Counted from the stretch's first letter, positions 45,935 to 59,550 are shown. The stretch is DNA of 64,000 bases from Vitrella brassicaformis CCMP3155 (GCA_001179505.1 CDMY01000291.1:1-64000); one strand, 5' to 3'. Notes: generated by a model from the letters alone, not told the origin. Made by a program: numbers and translations.

Positions 45935-48900
45935 ATGGGCAACGTCAACCCTTCGGCAATCAACCCGCCTCTGTCCCACCGGCTCGCCGGCTTTCGGGGC
46001 GTCCAGGCCAAGTATGAGCCCATTGACCAGAATGAGGATCGGGTGGAGATGCGCCGCTCTCCGTCATCCCCCCGCAACTCGTTTGCAGGCTCGCCCGAGC
46101 TGCCGCACATGGGCGCCCACACGGACGATGGGGCAGGCGAGGGCGACGGCCGCTCAGAGATATACACCGGCAACTCACCCATCTCCAGCCACGTGCGCTC
46201 GGGCTCCCCCAGCTCCTTTGGCCCTCGCCCGGCCCTCGCACGAGTGGAGATCCTCGCCAGTGAGCCCACTGACGCAGACCCCATCGTCAAGAAGGAGACG
46301 GACGACTCCTCTGTGCCCGCCCCAGTGGCCCCGCCGGAGGATCGGCTGCACGTGGCCGTGTGGCTGGCCGACCTGGGCAAGATAGAGCAGCTGGTGGCGG
46401 AGGGGGTCGATGTCAACGAGAAGGACTTCCGCGGTATCACGCCACTCTATCTCGCCATCCAGCTGGTGCAGCGGTCCGACGCATATCGGCCCATCGTGAG
46501 TATGCTGCTGAAGCACAAGGCGAACCCGCAGCTCAAGACGCCGTCGGGGTGGACGGCCATTGACGAGGCGGTATCGTCGGGCGACCGTCAGTGCGTGCGC
46601 GAGGTGTTCACCGCCATGCAGCACGGCAAGCGGCAGAAGTGGCGGCGGGACCTTCCCGGGCTCGTCCAGGCCATGTCCATCCTCCCTGACTTCTACCTGG
46701 AGATCAGGGGCGAGCTCGAGAGCTCCGTCATCCCATTCGTCAACAAGGTCGCCCCCTCTGACACCTTCCGCATGTGGAAGAAGGGCACCAGCCTTCGCCT
46801 CGACAGCACGTTCGTCAGCTGGAAGCCGCTCCGGGGCACCAAGAGGCGGCCCATCACCACCCTGGTCAAGCTGGGCCAGGCAGCGCGGGAGCCACCCCAA
46901 CAAGGCAACGAGGGCGACACCTCGGCGAGCGAGTCGCCACCCACCGGCAAGCAGCGCGAGATCAAGCCCCCCAGGAGGACACAGGCACCGTCAAACGTGT
47001 CTGGTGGCGACTGCAGCAATGCCAGCACGACGACCTCCCCCTCCGCCCCCCACTCTGAGAGACGGCCAGGGTTCGCCGCCAAGTCGCGGGACAGCACGGC
47101 GTCGAGGCAAAGCCGGGGATCGCATGACGACCCAAAAGGGAAGGGTGACGTGGATGGTGATGGTGGGGGCGGGGGTCTGGATCCGTCGATTCAGATCTAC
47201 ATGTTGAATCGTAACAAGGCGACCTATGTGGTGCCTGACGAGGAGGCCGACGATGAGGAGCTAGACGTCATGGTGCAGGACCTCATGAAGGCCGACCCCA
47301 TACAGGTAGGCAGGGAGGGCACATCATATGGGAGGGAGGGAGGGAGGGAGGGAGGGAGGAACAGGCAGGCAGACACACCTGATGGATTGATGCATCGGTT
47401 GTGTTGGTTGCTCAGGGTGATGTTCGTTTAGAGGATCTGCAGGTAGCCGATAGCATGAGTTTGTTCGGCGCCAAGCTGCAGCCCAAGGTCGGGCCCTGGA
47501 ACACCAAAAGGATCGACCTCAAAGGCACCATCGTGCTCAAGGTATGTATGGTGCCAATCACTATCTACCTCCAAATTATCCACTGTGTCGTGCCTCTGGT
47601 GACCTGCAGGTGCGCAAGAAGGGATTTCGCCGCAATCGGTTGAGCTTCGAGGAGTACTTCGGCTTCCCCCTCCCCCCACGCGCCTGTCCACCCGAAGTGG
47701 CCGACCGCCTTCGGCTGCAGACCATCCCGCCCCTCTCACTCGGCCCCAAGGCGCCCCCCAAGAAGCGGAAGCCATTCGATGGCATCAAGGGCGACTACTC
47801 GTTCCGCATCATTCGGTACGGTGAGACGGCTAATGAGGTGTCGGCCATTGGCGACCGGTACTGGGAGGACATGGCCAGCGACTCCGACGACGACTACGAC
47901 GAGGAACAGCCAATCACCATCGACCCAAACACGGTGAGAGGGAGAGGTGGAGACAGACGGGGAGGCACAGACGACGTGCAATGCAAGGGCGCATTGCGGT
48001 GCTCTGTGCTTGTTTGTCTGCTCCAGGCGTTTGATACGTTCGACCGTCCCAAGGAGGTCGTGGACGGCTGCCCCCCCAGCCCGCCGGACTCCGACCGGTC
48101 CGACCGATCCGACCCCTCCGACATGCCCACCTTCCGCGGTCCGTCTGACACATCCTACAACTACAAAGAGGACATCAGGCTGCAGAGCCAGGCCCACCGG
48201 CTGTCCCTCCCAGACCTCCCTCCCCTCCCCCCCAGCCACCAGCACACCTCACCCACCAACTCGCAGTCGCAGTCACATCCTGCCGGCTTTGCGGGATCGG
48301 ACGCGACTTTTCCGCTGCCTAATGGCATGGGCGTGGGGGTGGCCAGCCCCTCATCCTTGACGCGGGGCGCGCTGCCGTCGATGTCGCTGGGGTCGCTCAC
48401 GGGAGAGGAGGAGATCGGCGGGGGGGCGGGCAGGAGCGAGGAGAAGGATAGCCGCTCTGAAATGGAGCGCAACGAAGAAAGTGGACCGGAAAACGAAGGT
48501 CAGCATCGCATCCATCGAAACAAACGAGCTCAGGAGGAGGGACCCACATAGATGGGAACACACGGACATGGTTGCTTCCTTCCTTCTCTTGTGTTGTACG
48601 TACTTAGGTTACCGACCTCAGGACTACAATGTGCGCACAGCGAATGTCGTTGTGGTGTCGGACAAGGCCGCGGTTGACAGCCGCGAGAAGACGCCTCGCG
48701 GCCCGCCGCCCAGCGACGCCAGCCCACACCAGACGGCCGTCTCTGAGCCAGCCATCACGCCGGCCGTGTCGGTGGTCCAGATAAACGGCGTCCTGTCGGA
48801 CGCATCCACTACGGGAAGGTCGTGGGCCACACAGCTCCCTGAGAGACCTGCTTTTCATCCCAGACAGACTAAGGCTGTCAATAAGGTACGTACGCCGGAC

Positions 48901-50961
48901 GGACGACTGTGCGCCTCCAGCTGACTCCACACGAGGTTTGCAAAGTGCACTTTGACTGTCTGTCTGTCTGTGGTCAGATGCCGGGTGACTGTGGCCCGGT
49001 GCCAATAGTGGTTCTTACGAAGAAGAAGAAGCAGCGTCCCATGCCGGGCAGCCGTATGCACGAGTGCATCACCCCTCTTGTCACTCCCCGCATGGACCCC
49101 CTCATGACGCCCCCCGCACCCGCACCACCAGACATCCGGCGCAAGGCCAAGGCCGGCCCCCATCCCCATCCCCGGTCAGCCTCCAACCCCCACCCCCACC
49201 CCAAGTCTCTCCCTTTTCGTCGCTACAACAGCTACGAGTCGCCCAGGAGAGACAAGGACGAGGCGGGGTCAGGGGGCTTCCCATCGCCTGACTTTCGGCC
49301 GGCCATCAACGCTGCCACGGCCGAGTCGGATGAGGATGGCGGTCACGGGTTGCCGGCGTCCATCCTGCGGACGATTGCCGAGAACCCCGGCCTCGATGGG
49401 GAGGTGTTCGGGGCCCCTCCAAGTGCTCGTCGTGGGCAGCAGCAGGACCACAGTCCCGGGCTGTTCTCCCTGATGTCGTGCAAGCTGCAGAGCAGCAGTG
49501 ACGACATCCGGTCCTGCAAGCTGGTCAGCGACAGCATCCCGTCCTGCGGGGTCATCGACGGGCGGTCGGGCGTCCCCAGCCACCAGGCCTCGCCACAGGT
49601 GCTGGCCGCCTCATCGGACCCGCTGCCCTACTGCGCGGTGCCAGAGGGTCGGCCGCCCATCGCCCCCATGGGCCTGCCAGCTCTCGCGTACGGGTCGCCC
49701 GGGACGTCGCCGCTGTATCGTCGTAAGGAGAGGGACCCTCGGCTGGCGCTGCACCGACGGATGCACGAGGAGTACGCCTCGCAGAATATGCCGGGTGTGC
49801 CTTATTCGTCGCTCCTCGCGCCCCTCCCGCCGCCAGCATCAGGGGCAATGGCCACCACCTTCAAGTTCCCCCCTTCGTCCCTCCCGCCACAACTCGGCGA
49901 GCTCCCCCCCCTCTCGTGGGCCCATCCACAGCTGGCGCCCCCTCCCCCTGTCATCAACGCGTACCCGCCCCACACACCAACCATTGCGAGAGACGAGTCA
50001 GGTGCATCGCGGCCACCGGGTGTCGCCGGGCCGCCGTCGGTCAGTGATGCGGCCAGCCCCACGAGTAAGGATGCCGTCTGGGAGTCCAGGGACAAGACGC
50101 GGCTAAGTAGTGCTGTTGCTGCTCCTGCTGCTGCTTCTGGTGGTGGTGGTGGTCCGGGTAGTGCCAAGAGCGGTGGGTTTCTGACGGCGCTGCTATCGGG
50201 TCAGGCGCCCAAGAAGAAGGACAAAAAGGCCAAGGAGGAGGCGCCCGAGGCTGTCAGGGCAGAAAGGCCCGACATGAAGGGCACTCTGCCCAGAAAGGTA
50301 TGAAGAAGGAAGCCGAGACAGACAGGAAAAGACGGAAGGAAGCACAGGGCCTTGCGAGCACAGATGCTGAATTGGCGTCCTCCTTGTGCGTGTTTGCTTG
50401 TCGGCAGTCGAGTGCGATGATATGTTTGACGGATGAGTTTCCGTTGACGTTGGAGGCCTTCATGCCGGTCCTCGACATCTTCGCCCTGCAGCACAAGACA
50501 ATCGCACAAGTCAGAGACTTCCTGCAGTCCGACGAGGTAAGAAAAGGGCCTGACCGAACGACCAACCAACCATCATGGACAAGACGACGGCTTGTCTGTC
50601 TGTTGCGGTCTTCTTTCTTTGTATGTGTGTGTGTTCAGTTGAAGAAGTACATGCCGCCCGACATGTTTCCCGTGCGCCTCCAGATCCCCCTCAACATGGC
50701 CATCAGGGCGTCACTCACCTTCCAGAACTTCGAGCTGCGCACCGACGACAATCCGATACCCGACGAGGAGTTTGAAATACCAGAGGGATACACCAGGTAC
50801 GTGTGGTATGGGCTCGATCGGTGTTTTTCCCGTCTCATGAGTGAGGGTTGGATGTGTGTGCGGTTGTGTGTTGTGTTGTGGCCAGGTTAAGTCGGAAGGA
50901 GGGCGCCAAGACGACCAAGCGGAAGAAGAAGAGGGCGTTGTACACCAACCTCTATATCTAG
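45935..50961 (+). CDS. ANKRD13: Ankyrin repeat domain-containing protein 13 family (ankyrin repeats plus ANKRD13 C-terminal domain) with long low-complexity insertions
   Basis: LHVAVW...DFRGITPLYLAI, SGWTAIDEAVSSGDR, LPDFYLEIRGELESSVIPFVNKVAPSDTFRMWKKGTSLRLDSTF, EFPLTLEAFMPVLDI and FPVRLQIPL...LTFQNFE...FEIPEGY. Confidence 0.9.
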
Positions 50962-53225
50962 ATAAGAGATACACACACATACACTGATAGATAGATACAT
51001 ACACACATAAGACAGACAGACAGCCATACCCATCCTTCTTTCTACTGCTTGCTGGTGCTGGGCTGGGAGGTGCATACATTCCTTGACCTACCTGTTGCCC
51101 CATCATCCCATCCACTATGCATCCCATCTATCGCCTCGCCAGAGTGAGTTAGTTAGTTTCATGACCCATACGCACCCACACAGACACATACACAGACACA
51201 TACACACGTGTGAACCGGTAGGTAGATGTGTCCTGCTGGTACGTTCGTGGCCTGTCTGCCTTGTACGTGTGCGCGTGAGTGAGTCCATCCCATTCCGCCA
51301 CACAGTTTTATTCACCCACCCATCGCTCGCTTCTCTCCCCTCCCTGTCCACCTGTCCATCTGTCCGCCCGGCGACTTGCTTGCTTGCTCGAGTGAGACAG
51401 ATGGACAGCCTATCATATGATCGATACTATCAGTGATGATGGATAACATTCGTTTGTCAGTCAGTGCACCCACCAAGCCCCCCATGAGTTAGTTTCACTC
51501 ACTTGTCGCTAGCTAGAAGGACGTGCCCCACACCGTCAGTCAACTCGACCCCCACACCCCCACCGACCTGCCCACACCCACCCACCCACCAGCCACTGTC
51601 TGTCTGTGTGGTGCATGGCATGCAGTACGTAGTCAGTGACCCATTCACTTACTTGCCAGCTCACTTTCTTATCCGTGTCTGTCTGTCTGTCTGTCTGATT
51701 GGCCGATCGCGGGACGGATGTGTGATTTGTCGGCCGGGTCTTTTGCCAGCCGTGTTCTCATGGCACGTGTGCGATGGGTGCATGTAGCTTCCCATACGCG
51801 CCTGCTCATTCCTTCAGTGACTGACATGCCGCAGGGAGGGAGGGAGGGATGGAGGGAGGAGGATGCCATACCACTTGCTTGCGGTCGTGTGCATGGCGTG
51901 ATGTGGTCTGCGTCGTCAGTGATTCAGCCGGATAAGTGGATGGATGGGTGGACGGGTGATGGTTGGCTGCTTGGTTGCCCCTTGGCCTCTCCTCTCGTCG
52001 ATTTTGTTCGTGTACGTACGGACACCCAGCCATGCATGGCATGCAGCCGTGGAGTGCGTTGCGTACTATGATGGGTGGGTCCACTACGGGGGAAAGAGAC
52101 CAGGATACGAGGGACGGGGTGGGGCGGGGAGCCAGGAAGCAAAAGGGGGCGGGGAGCTGTCTGTCTGTCTGTCTGTCGTCGGTGATTGCTTTCTCTGGCC
52201 GAGGTGACGTGGGCCAGCCCACCGTCGACCTGGGTGTTTGTTGTGTGGTTGTGCAGCTTCAGTGAGTGAGTCGACAGTATTCATTTTGTGCCTCCCCGCC
52301 TGCCTGTATCGGTCGGGGAGGGAGCAGAGAGGCGCGAGTGAGCCGGCGGGGCGGGGCGGGGGCGCCATGTGTTGCCTCCCTCCTCGTCGTGTATGCGCCT
52401 GCCTCATGCCGTCGGTGTTGTGCACGCGTGTACGTTTCTTTCTTCCATGCGGTGCGTGTTTTTGCCCCAAGTGAATGAAATGATTGTTGTTTGATTGAGT
52501 GTACTGTTAGCGACCATCACATGCATGGCATGCATGCACAGCCACACACACCGCTGACCGGCTGGCTGACTGACTGACTGACTGGCGCGAGGGAAACCCT
52601 TGCTCACTCCTCCTTACGTCGTGCATGGCATCGTGCTGCCGTGGTGGTTGGTTGGTTGGTGCTGCTGGCTGCTGGCTGCTGGCTGTGTGGGTCGCAACTG
52701 AGCTAATTAGGTGCTACTAGAAAAGGGAGCAAGGCGGGGAGGAAAACTGGAAGGCCAGTGGATAGATCGACATGGAGGCCCACCTGGCTGCAGGCAAGAC
52801 AGTACAGTATCATCACTCTGTGTAGGCCCTGAATGCGTGCGTCCATGTCTGTCTGCGTGGCGTGCATGCAAGTGTTCGTGAGTGTGTTCTTCATTCAGTG
52901 CGTAACTTGGGCCAGTGGCGTAGCGTACGTCGGCAAGCCTATGGAGAACACATTTTTGAACAACCACATCATGATGGGAGGGAGACACGCAGCTGACTCG
53001 TCCGAGCCTTGGGCTCATACCTCACCCACCCCCTCTCCCCTCATGACACGAATGCCATGAGAGTGACGCCATGAATCGCGTGCTTTGTCACCTAGTTCGT
53101 CGTCAACTGCTGGAGAAGTGTCAGCCATCGGCGCATCAATTGTCAGCTGCAAGAGAAGAGCACGAGCTGCTGCGGCGCTGCCAGCCTGAGCGCGCTGCCA
53201 GCCTGAGCGCGCGTCTCGGCCCCCC

Positions 53226-53525
53226 NNNNNNNNNNNNNNNNNNNNNNNNNNNNNNNNNNNNNNNNNNNNNNNNNNNNNNNNNNNNNNNNNNNNNNNNNNN
53301 NNNNNNNNNNNNNNNNNNNNNNNNNNNNNNNNNNNNNNNNNNNNNNNNNNNNNNNNNNNNNNNNNNNNNNNNNNNNNNNNNNNNNNNNNNNNNNNNNNNN
53401 NNNNNNNNNNNNNNNNNNNNNNNNNNNNNNNNNNNNNNNNNNNNNNNNNNNNNNNNNNNNNNNNNNNNNNNNNNNNNNNNNNNNNNNNNNNNNNNNNNNN
53501 NNNNNNNNNNNNNNNNNNNNNNNNN
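53226..53525. other. Assembly gap (300 N) flanked by poly-C
   Basis: Run of n characters. Confidence 1.
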
Positions 53526-53583
53526 CCCCCCCCCCCCCCCCCCCCCCCATGGTCGAGAGTAAACGAAGGGGCAGGAGGACGGA

Positions 53584-56500
53584 ATGAAGAAGAGAGGGGC
53601 GTCGAGATCCTTAACGCAGGACGGTGAGGGGGTGCCTGCCACTGAGCAGCCGGACCAGGCAGATCGTAGCAAGAGACAACGGGTGGATCACACATTGGAA
53701 ACAGTAGAGGTACAGAGTAGCCCAGGCCCTGGGGAGTCTAGTGGGACAATTCGAATGCTCATGTTTGTTCACGGCTGGCTCGTTTGATCAGGACACCGGC
53801 GATGAGAGTTTTGGTGGGGCTCTGGAGGCGCTGGACATCACGGGCAACCTTCTCAAGGCAATGATGGAATGCTTCGAGGAAGAAGAAGCAAAGGTGACGG
53901 TCCAGTCTGGCTCAGACCCTGCCGTGTGGTTTTATGTTTGTGTTCGGTACGTATTCAGGTTCGTCAGCTGATTGAGAGCAGAAGGACAATCACGATCAGC
54001 CAAACAGAGGAAGCGAAGAGGCAGCTACGGGTGCCACTCAGCCACCGTCACACACACGCATGCACGCAGCACATAGTGTGTGTGTCTCTGTGTGCGACGC
54101 ATGCAGGTCATCGACAGGCACTTTCGCGTCTTGTCGGGTATGATGCTGCTCCACACCACCAAACCAATCGAGACAGCTGCGGAGGAGATGGGTGAGGTGG
54201 AAAAGAAGGTCGTTATGATCCAGCAGCACATCAACAGACTCAGACACCACCAGGTCAGTCAACGACACACATGCTCAATAAGTGTGGCGCATTTCGTCAA
54301 CTGCTGTACTGGTGTGTGTCTCAGCAAGGTGGCCGTGCGTTTCTGCTTGACCTGCCCGACGGCGCCCTGAGCCGCATCTGCTCGTGGCTGACCACTGTGA
54401 ACAATGTCCACTTACTGCGTGTCAGCCATGACATCCACTCGAGGGCCGTCACGGAGGGTGTGTTCCGCCGATTTGCTGTGGAGGAGGACGACGAACGGTT
54501 TTACGACCGTGCGGACGAAGAGTATTTCTATACGCGTACATGCAGTCTCAAGCCTCTGGTAAGATGGCTGACGTGTGAAGCATATTCGAGACCTGGTGAG
54601 ACATGGTGAGACAGTGTGTGTGCGTGTGTCTTTTTGTGTCTATGCAGTGCACTGCAGTCCAGAAGGCCTACGTGCAAATTCTTTGTCTCTCTCCTGTGAT
54701 ACGCCACTTGCTGGAGGCGTCCAGGGAAACTCTCACACACATAACGCTGAGAGCGAAGGCGTACTCATCGGCTTACGATGAACCGGCCTTGAAGGACGGC
54801 CAGTTTCCCATACTCACGCACCTGCACGTCGGGAGGTACTCGAGTGGATGGATCCGTCTCGTCAAGTGAGCAAAAAACGAGTTCTTTAGATGTTGGCACA
54901 TTCATTTCTGTCGTCGGTGGGGCTGTGCTTATTTGCAGCGAGCGTCAGTGGAGGTTTCCCGCCGTCACCAACCTTCAACTCGGCGCCGACACTTGGGGCG
55001 ACGGCATCTTGGGCAGATCAGACAGTGCAGCATTCCTGAAGCTGCTTACAGAGGCATCCGAGCTGAAGCGACTTGATATCCCCTTCTACAAGAATCACAC
55101 CACGCCCGTGCCTTGGACCGACCTCATTGCTGCCCTCGGCAAGTGCCCCCGCCTCACACACATCACAAGCCTGACAGTGCGCATTTACGAATTCCCCCGC
55201 CTGATGCAGCTCAAAGACCTCAGCCACCACTGGGCCAAGCCAGAAAACAAATGTGAGCAGATCAAAGCCGCCAAGGGTTCTCAGCATTCCCATGTCCTGT
55301 ATCCATACTCCATGCAGATGTGCGCAAGAAGCTGGGATTCATCGTCAAGGGTATGCCCAGGCCGACGGAGCAGCAGCCGAGGACGGCCTCGGGGGACAAT
55401 CCGGATCAGATGCAACGGGAGCTGGCAGCGATGGCACGGAGGATGAGAGGCGAGGGCAGCGACAACATGGATGCCGATGCCGACATGGGCGAGAGGGATG
55501 GCGAGGAGAATGTGGCGGCGGTGGAGGGCGGCGATAAAGGTGATGGGAGTGGACAGAAGCAAGACGGCGGCGTCCCACTAGCTGTCGATGCACTGTCCAG
55601 CCCGGCTGCGGGCGGCTCGCCGAGCGGTGGCGCGCCCGGCCAGGCTGCAGAAGAAGGTACGAAGCGGAAAATGTAGACACACCCTCCCGATGTCTCTGTA
55701 TGGCCACAGGTCCCGAAGATGGGCATGCCAGCGGCGACATGAGTGTCTGTGGAGGGGAAGCCGCGGATCCTGCGGACCGAATAGATAGAGCAGAGACGGG
55801 TGGTGACGAAGGTGGGGCAAACGCGCCATTCGATTCGAACAGTCAGGAGGGTAGCGACCCAATTGGCGAGGGCCAGGGCAACACGCCACAGTGGGTTGAG
55901 TACGTCGGCCGAGATTCCCGCTGCTATTACAATGTGCAGACGGGGCAGAAACAGGTCAGAGAGAGGGAGAGAGAGAGAGAGAGAGCAAGAGCGAGAGTTC
56001 ACACTGTTCTCTATGTCTCGCCATTAGTCGGAGCGCCCGGCGGGGTTCGTTCCAGATGTCAACACAGTCGTCATCGACAAATCTGATGACCGTGGCGATG
56101 ACCGCTACGAACGTCAAGACATTTGTTCGATCAGGCCGGACTACGCACAAGACTGGGCCTATCCATGGGCCATCCGCGAATTCAGCAAGTGGGCGGCCGA
56201 AGTCAAGTGTGAGCTCGAATGGCGGCCTTTTGAGGGGCAGCTCATCATCGACTGCAGCAGCGACGCTGCAAATGCCCGCACTGCGCCAGACGGCCTATAG
56301 GAGACATCGCCACGCAGCTCGCCGCAAGAGCAGAAAGGGTGAGGAAAGGGCAAAATCGATGTCCATGCAACACACCGATTCGTCATTTGTTCGTATGCCA
56401 GGTCACGCTGAAACTCGGAGGGACGCCGCTGCATGAGAGCTGGGGTGACCAACTGGTCTTTAACAACGCCAAGATCCTCGTATTTCGTCCCAAGGAGGGC

Positions 56501-57084
56501 GCGACAGCCTCCGCAGTGGAGCAGAGCATCCCCGAGTGGCTGACCGACAGGGACGGCGAGAAGAGCGTCCGCTTCCCAGCTGTCGTCATGCTCGAAGCCG
56601 ACATTCGCTCGCTCTCCCTCACTGAGTGTAGCAAGCTCAGTAGTCTCATTGGGGGGCTGGCAACACTCAAGGAAGTCCATTTCCTGATCGTTTGTCTAGC
56701 TTCGCTGTAGGGTGTGAGCTGCTCTCCTGCGTCTCTGTCGAGCTGCCGATAATCTGGTTCGATTTTCCCTCTCATCCTCCATGGCCTGCCCCTCCGGACT
56801 ACGGCCCATACATAAAGGTAGTGCATTCGCACCGGTTAAGGAGCAAGGCAGACGTGCAACAGCTCACTCAGCTGGTGTTGGCAAAACGACCAGTGAGTGT
56901 AGACTTGACTATAAGGGTGCCTTGGACTGAGTTTGAGAGTCAGGATGACGAGGGTCGAATTGCTGAAGCCCACTCGTGGTTCAAGCCACTCGGGGCATAC
57001 TACACTGCAAGCGACAACAGCGGGGTTTGGCCTCATTTTGGGTATGTAGAGATCGTCGCCAGGTTTCTGCTTTCGCGTGCTTGA
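53584..57084 (+). pseudogene. F-box-like plus LRR-like plus variant WW protein, copy A, with two apparent 1-nt deletions
   Basis: FLLDLPDGALSRICSWL (F-box-like). ggcctataggagac (~56298, TAG) versus ggcctatacggagac in copy B; gtccatttcct (~56677) versus gtccgttttcct in copy B, which splits the last exon. Confidence 0.75.
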
Positions 57085-58384
57085 ACATGTGAGCCTGAAA
57101 GCTAAATGATTGGTACGTCAGGCAAGGCAATTAGCCCACGGGGGGGCACGTAAAGGCGACGGGGGGAAGGAGGATCGGGGCAATGGCAGGCAGCGGTTGG
57201 CTGGCTGACTGTCATGTCTCCATCAAAGGACGGCTGCTTTCTTCTTTGAGTGCTCGACATTGGCTGTCTTCTTTGTGCGTACGCATGCATGGAGCCTTTC
57301 GAGGCAGTCAGGGAGTCACATAAAGCATGTTTGTCAGCGGTTTTGCTTTTGATCATGTTGGCTGTGATGGCATCCAAGCTGCATGTCTGGAAGGGAAGGG
57401 GCAAGACAGAGAGACATGTAGGGAGGGTGGGAGGGCTAGGACGGCTGACACAGGTAGGAGATTTGAATGTCACACGGCCCGTGTCTCTGTAAGGTTGATC
57501 GTGTGTGATGCGCTGTGTGTGTTTGAGGATGATAAGGGCAGTTGTCGGGCTCGTAGATGGTCATGTATTGCATGTGTGTTGTCGGCTGAGCGCTGGCGCG
57601 AGAGACTGACAAGGGGGAAGTGAGTGCGATCAAAGAATGACATCCGACAGACGCTATTGCTGATGCGATGCTTGTGGATGAACCGATGTATCCATCCATG
57701 GTGGCATGCACCTTCACAGAAGAAGACGCCCGTCAGAGCTCACGGCATCCCGGATGTCATTCATCCATGCACCCGCACACACCTGTCTGACGTGTGCATT
57801 TGACCAATGTACACGCACACATTCACACAACTGACTAGAATATTCAACACACCCGACATGAGACGAGCGACCCGCCATCTACAGGCATGTATCAAGTCGC
57901 ATTATTCATTTGCTCTCTTCCTTAGCTAAGTATTTAGCACGAGACACTGGCTTGAAGTTCACGCAGGTAAGAAGAAGAGAGACAGACTTCTGAGAGACTT
58001 CTATGCTGGTTGTGCGTGTTCGTGCGCTGCTCCTGCTTTTGGCCATGTTGGTTGTGTACCTGAGCCATGCGCTGCTTCATATTTGCTGCTGTCTGGTGCC
58101 ATCTTTCTCACCGGTTCGGCTCTCAGGTGATCCAGATGTGACCGAAATGTTGGTGATAGCACACGGACAAATGCAAGGGTATTCCGCGCCGTCCAGTCAT
58201 GTCCGAACGCATGAGTCGTGTCCTTGAGCTCCGACCGTCGAATGTCGTTACTGCTGGTTTTCCAAATGCCAGTGACGACGAGAGGACGCCGTAGTGCTTA
58301 ACGTGTGGAAAAGGACACTAAGGACCGAATGAAGAACCCCTCCATCATCCCACGAAGCGACCCTATACGTGTCCTCTCAAATGG

Positions 58385-58576
58385 GATTTTCCCGTCGCAT
58401 CGGACGGCTTGTCTGCACTGCTTTACCTGTAGATGAGCTGTCTCTGCCTTGCCGGTGCCCCTGAATTTCACTCCGTACTGAACATCACTGTGGGATTCCA
58501 CTCAATGGCTGATTGAATGGCCGGCCAGCAGCAATGTGAGACACGATCGGGGCTGGCTGTTCTGGCAGCATGTAAA
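58385..58576 (-). repeat. Partial inverted copy of the ~740 bp dispersed repeat
   Basis: Near-identical to the reverse complement of 14320-14475 (tttacatgctgccag...gcagagacagctcatctacaggtaaag), diverging after that. Confidence 0.9.
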
Positions 58577-58985
58577 ACAGACCGTGACGCTGATTGTCTT
58601 TCCAAGCGCCACAGTAGATGATTTCGCCGTGAATACTTTCGAATTCTTCTCCATGGCCGTGTCTCTTGCCCTCTTTGAATCCGCCTTCATAGTACTTGCG
58701 TCTGTTGCCAAAGTAGTGCCAGCGCTGCCCACGTTGGCCATGTGGCTTGCCGTCCAGGGTGGGGCCGTCGTATCTGTACCCTCCCAATACAGATCCCTTC
58801 TTCTCTCCACCTGCCCAGCCGCCGCTGTAGGTCACCTTGCCACAGGTCTCCTCCTTGTACTCCCTGCCCTGCCCATGATACTTTCCATCTTTCCACTCTC
58901 CTTCATAGCGTCTTCTCGCCCCAGAGGCTGACAGCAATACTCCCGTTCCGTCAGGCACATCTGTTCCATCCACCTTGCGGGTCAA
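58485..58985 (-). CDS. MORN-repeat ORF whose C-terminal ~30 aa derive from the dispersed repeat; 5' structure unresolved, possibly a pseudogene
   Basis: YEGEWKDGKYHGQG, YSGGWAGG, YDGPTLDGKPHGQ, YEGGFKEGKRHGHG and YCGAWKDNQRHG, followed by LFYMLPEQPAPIVSH...IPQ*. Confidence 0.75.
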   Translation of the reverse strand: MTRKVDGTDVPDGTGVLLSASGARRRYEGEWKDGKYHGQGREYKEETCGKVTYSGGWAGGEKKGSVLGGYRYDGPTLDGKPHGQRGQRWHYFGNRRKYYEGGFKEGKRHGHGEEFESIHGEIIYCGAWKDNQRHGLFYMLPEQPAPIVSHIAAGRPFNQPLSGIPQ

Positions 58986-59550
58986 TCCGGGGCAGCGAGG
59001 CCGAGTGCCTCCTTCAGCTCGACGGCAGTCTTGAGTTTCATCTCCAGCAGCTCTTTCTCTGCCTACACATACAGGCAGACAGACAGACAGACAGACAGAC
59101 GGACAGGCAGCCGAGCAGGGATGCAGGGAGGCAGGGAGGCAGATAAGTAGACATAGGTCACAGAAGATGAGTGCGACTCATCGGAAATCAGCGGAAATCA
59201 ACACTTCAAGTTATCTCTTGCGACTTCAGCGGAAATCAACTCACGCCGCACACCCTGCAACTTGTCCCCTAGTTCGCTGATGCGCTTTGCGCTTTGTCGC
59301 TCTGCACACACACAAACGCCTTGTGTCGATTCATCCTTGTGTCAGGTATGAATCGCGTGCTTTGTCACCTCGTTTGCGTCAACTGCTGGAGAATTGTCAA
59401 CCATCGGCGCATCAATTGTCAGCTACAAGAGCAGAGCAAGCAAGGCCTAACGACGGACTTTCCAAGGGGGCGTCTCGAGCTCGGCCCCCAGACCCCCATC
59501 ATGATGTCTGAACTTAAGAGACCCTGGTGACGAAGGGGCAGGAGGACGGA

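Noticed and set aside
53015-53695. ORFs of 135-226 aa spanning this region
   Set aside because: Artefacts of translating through the N gap and poly-C.
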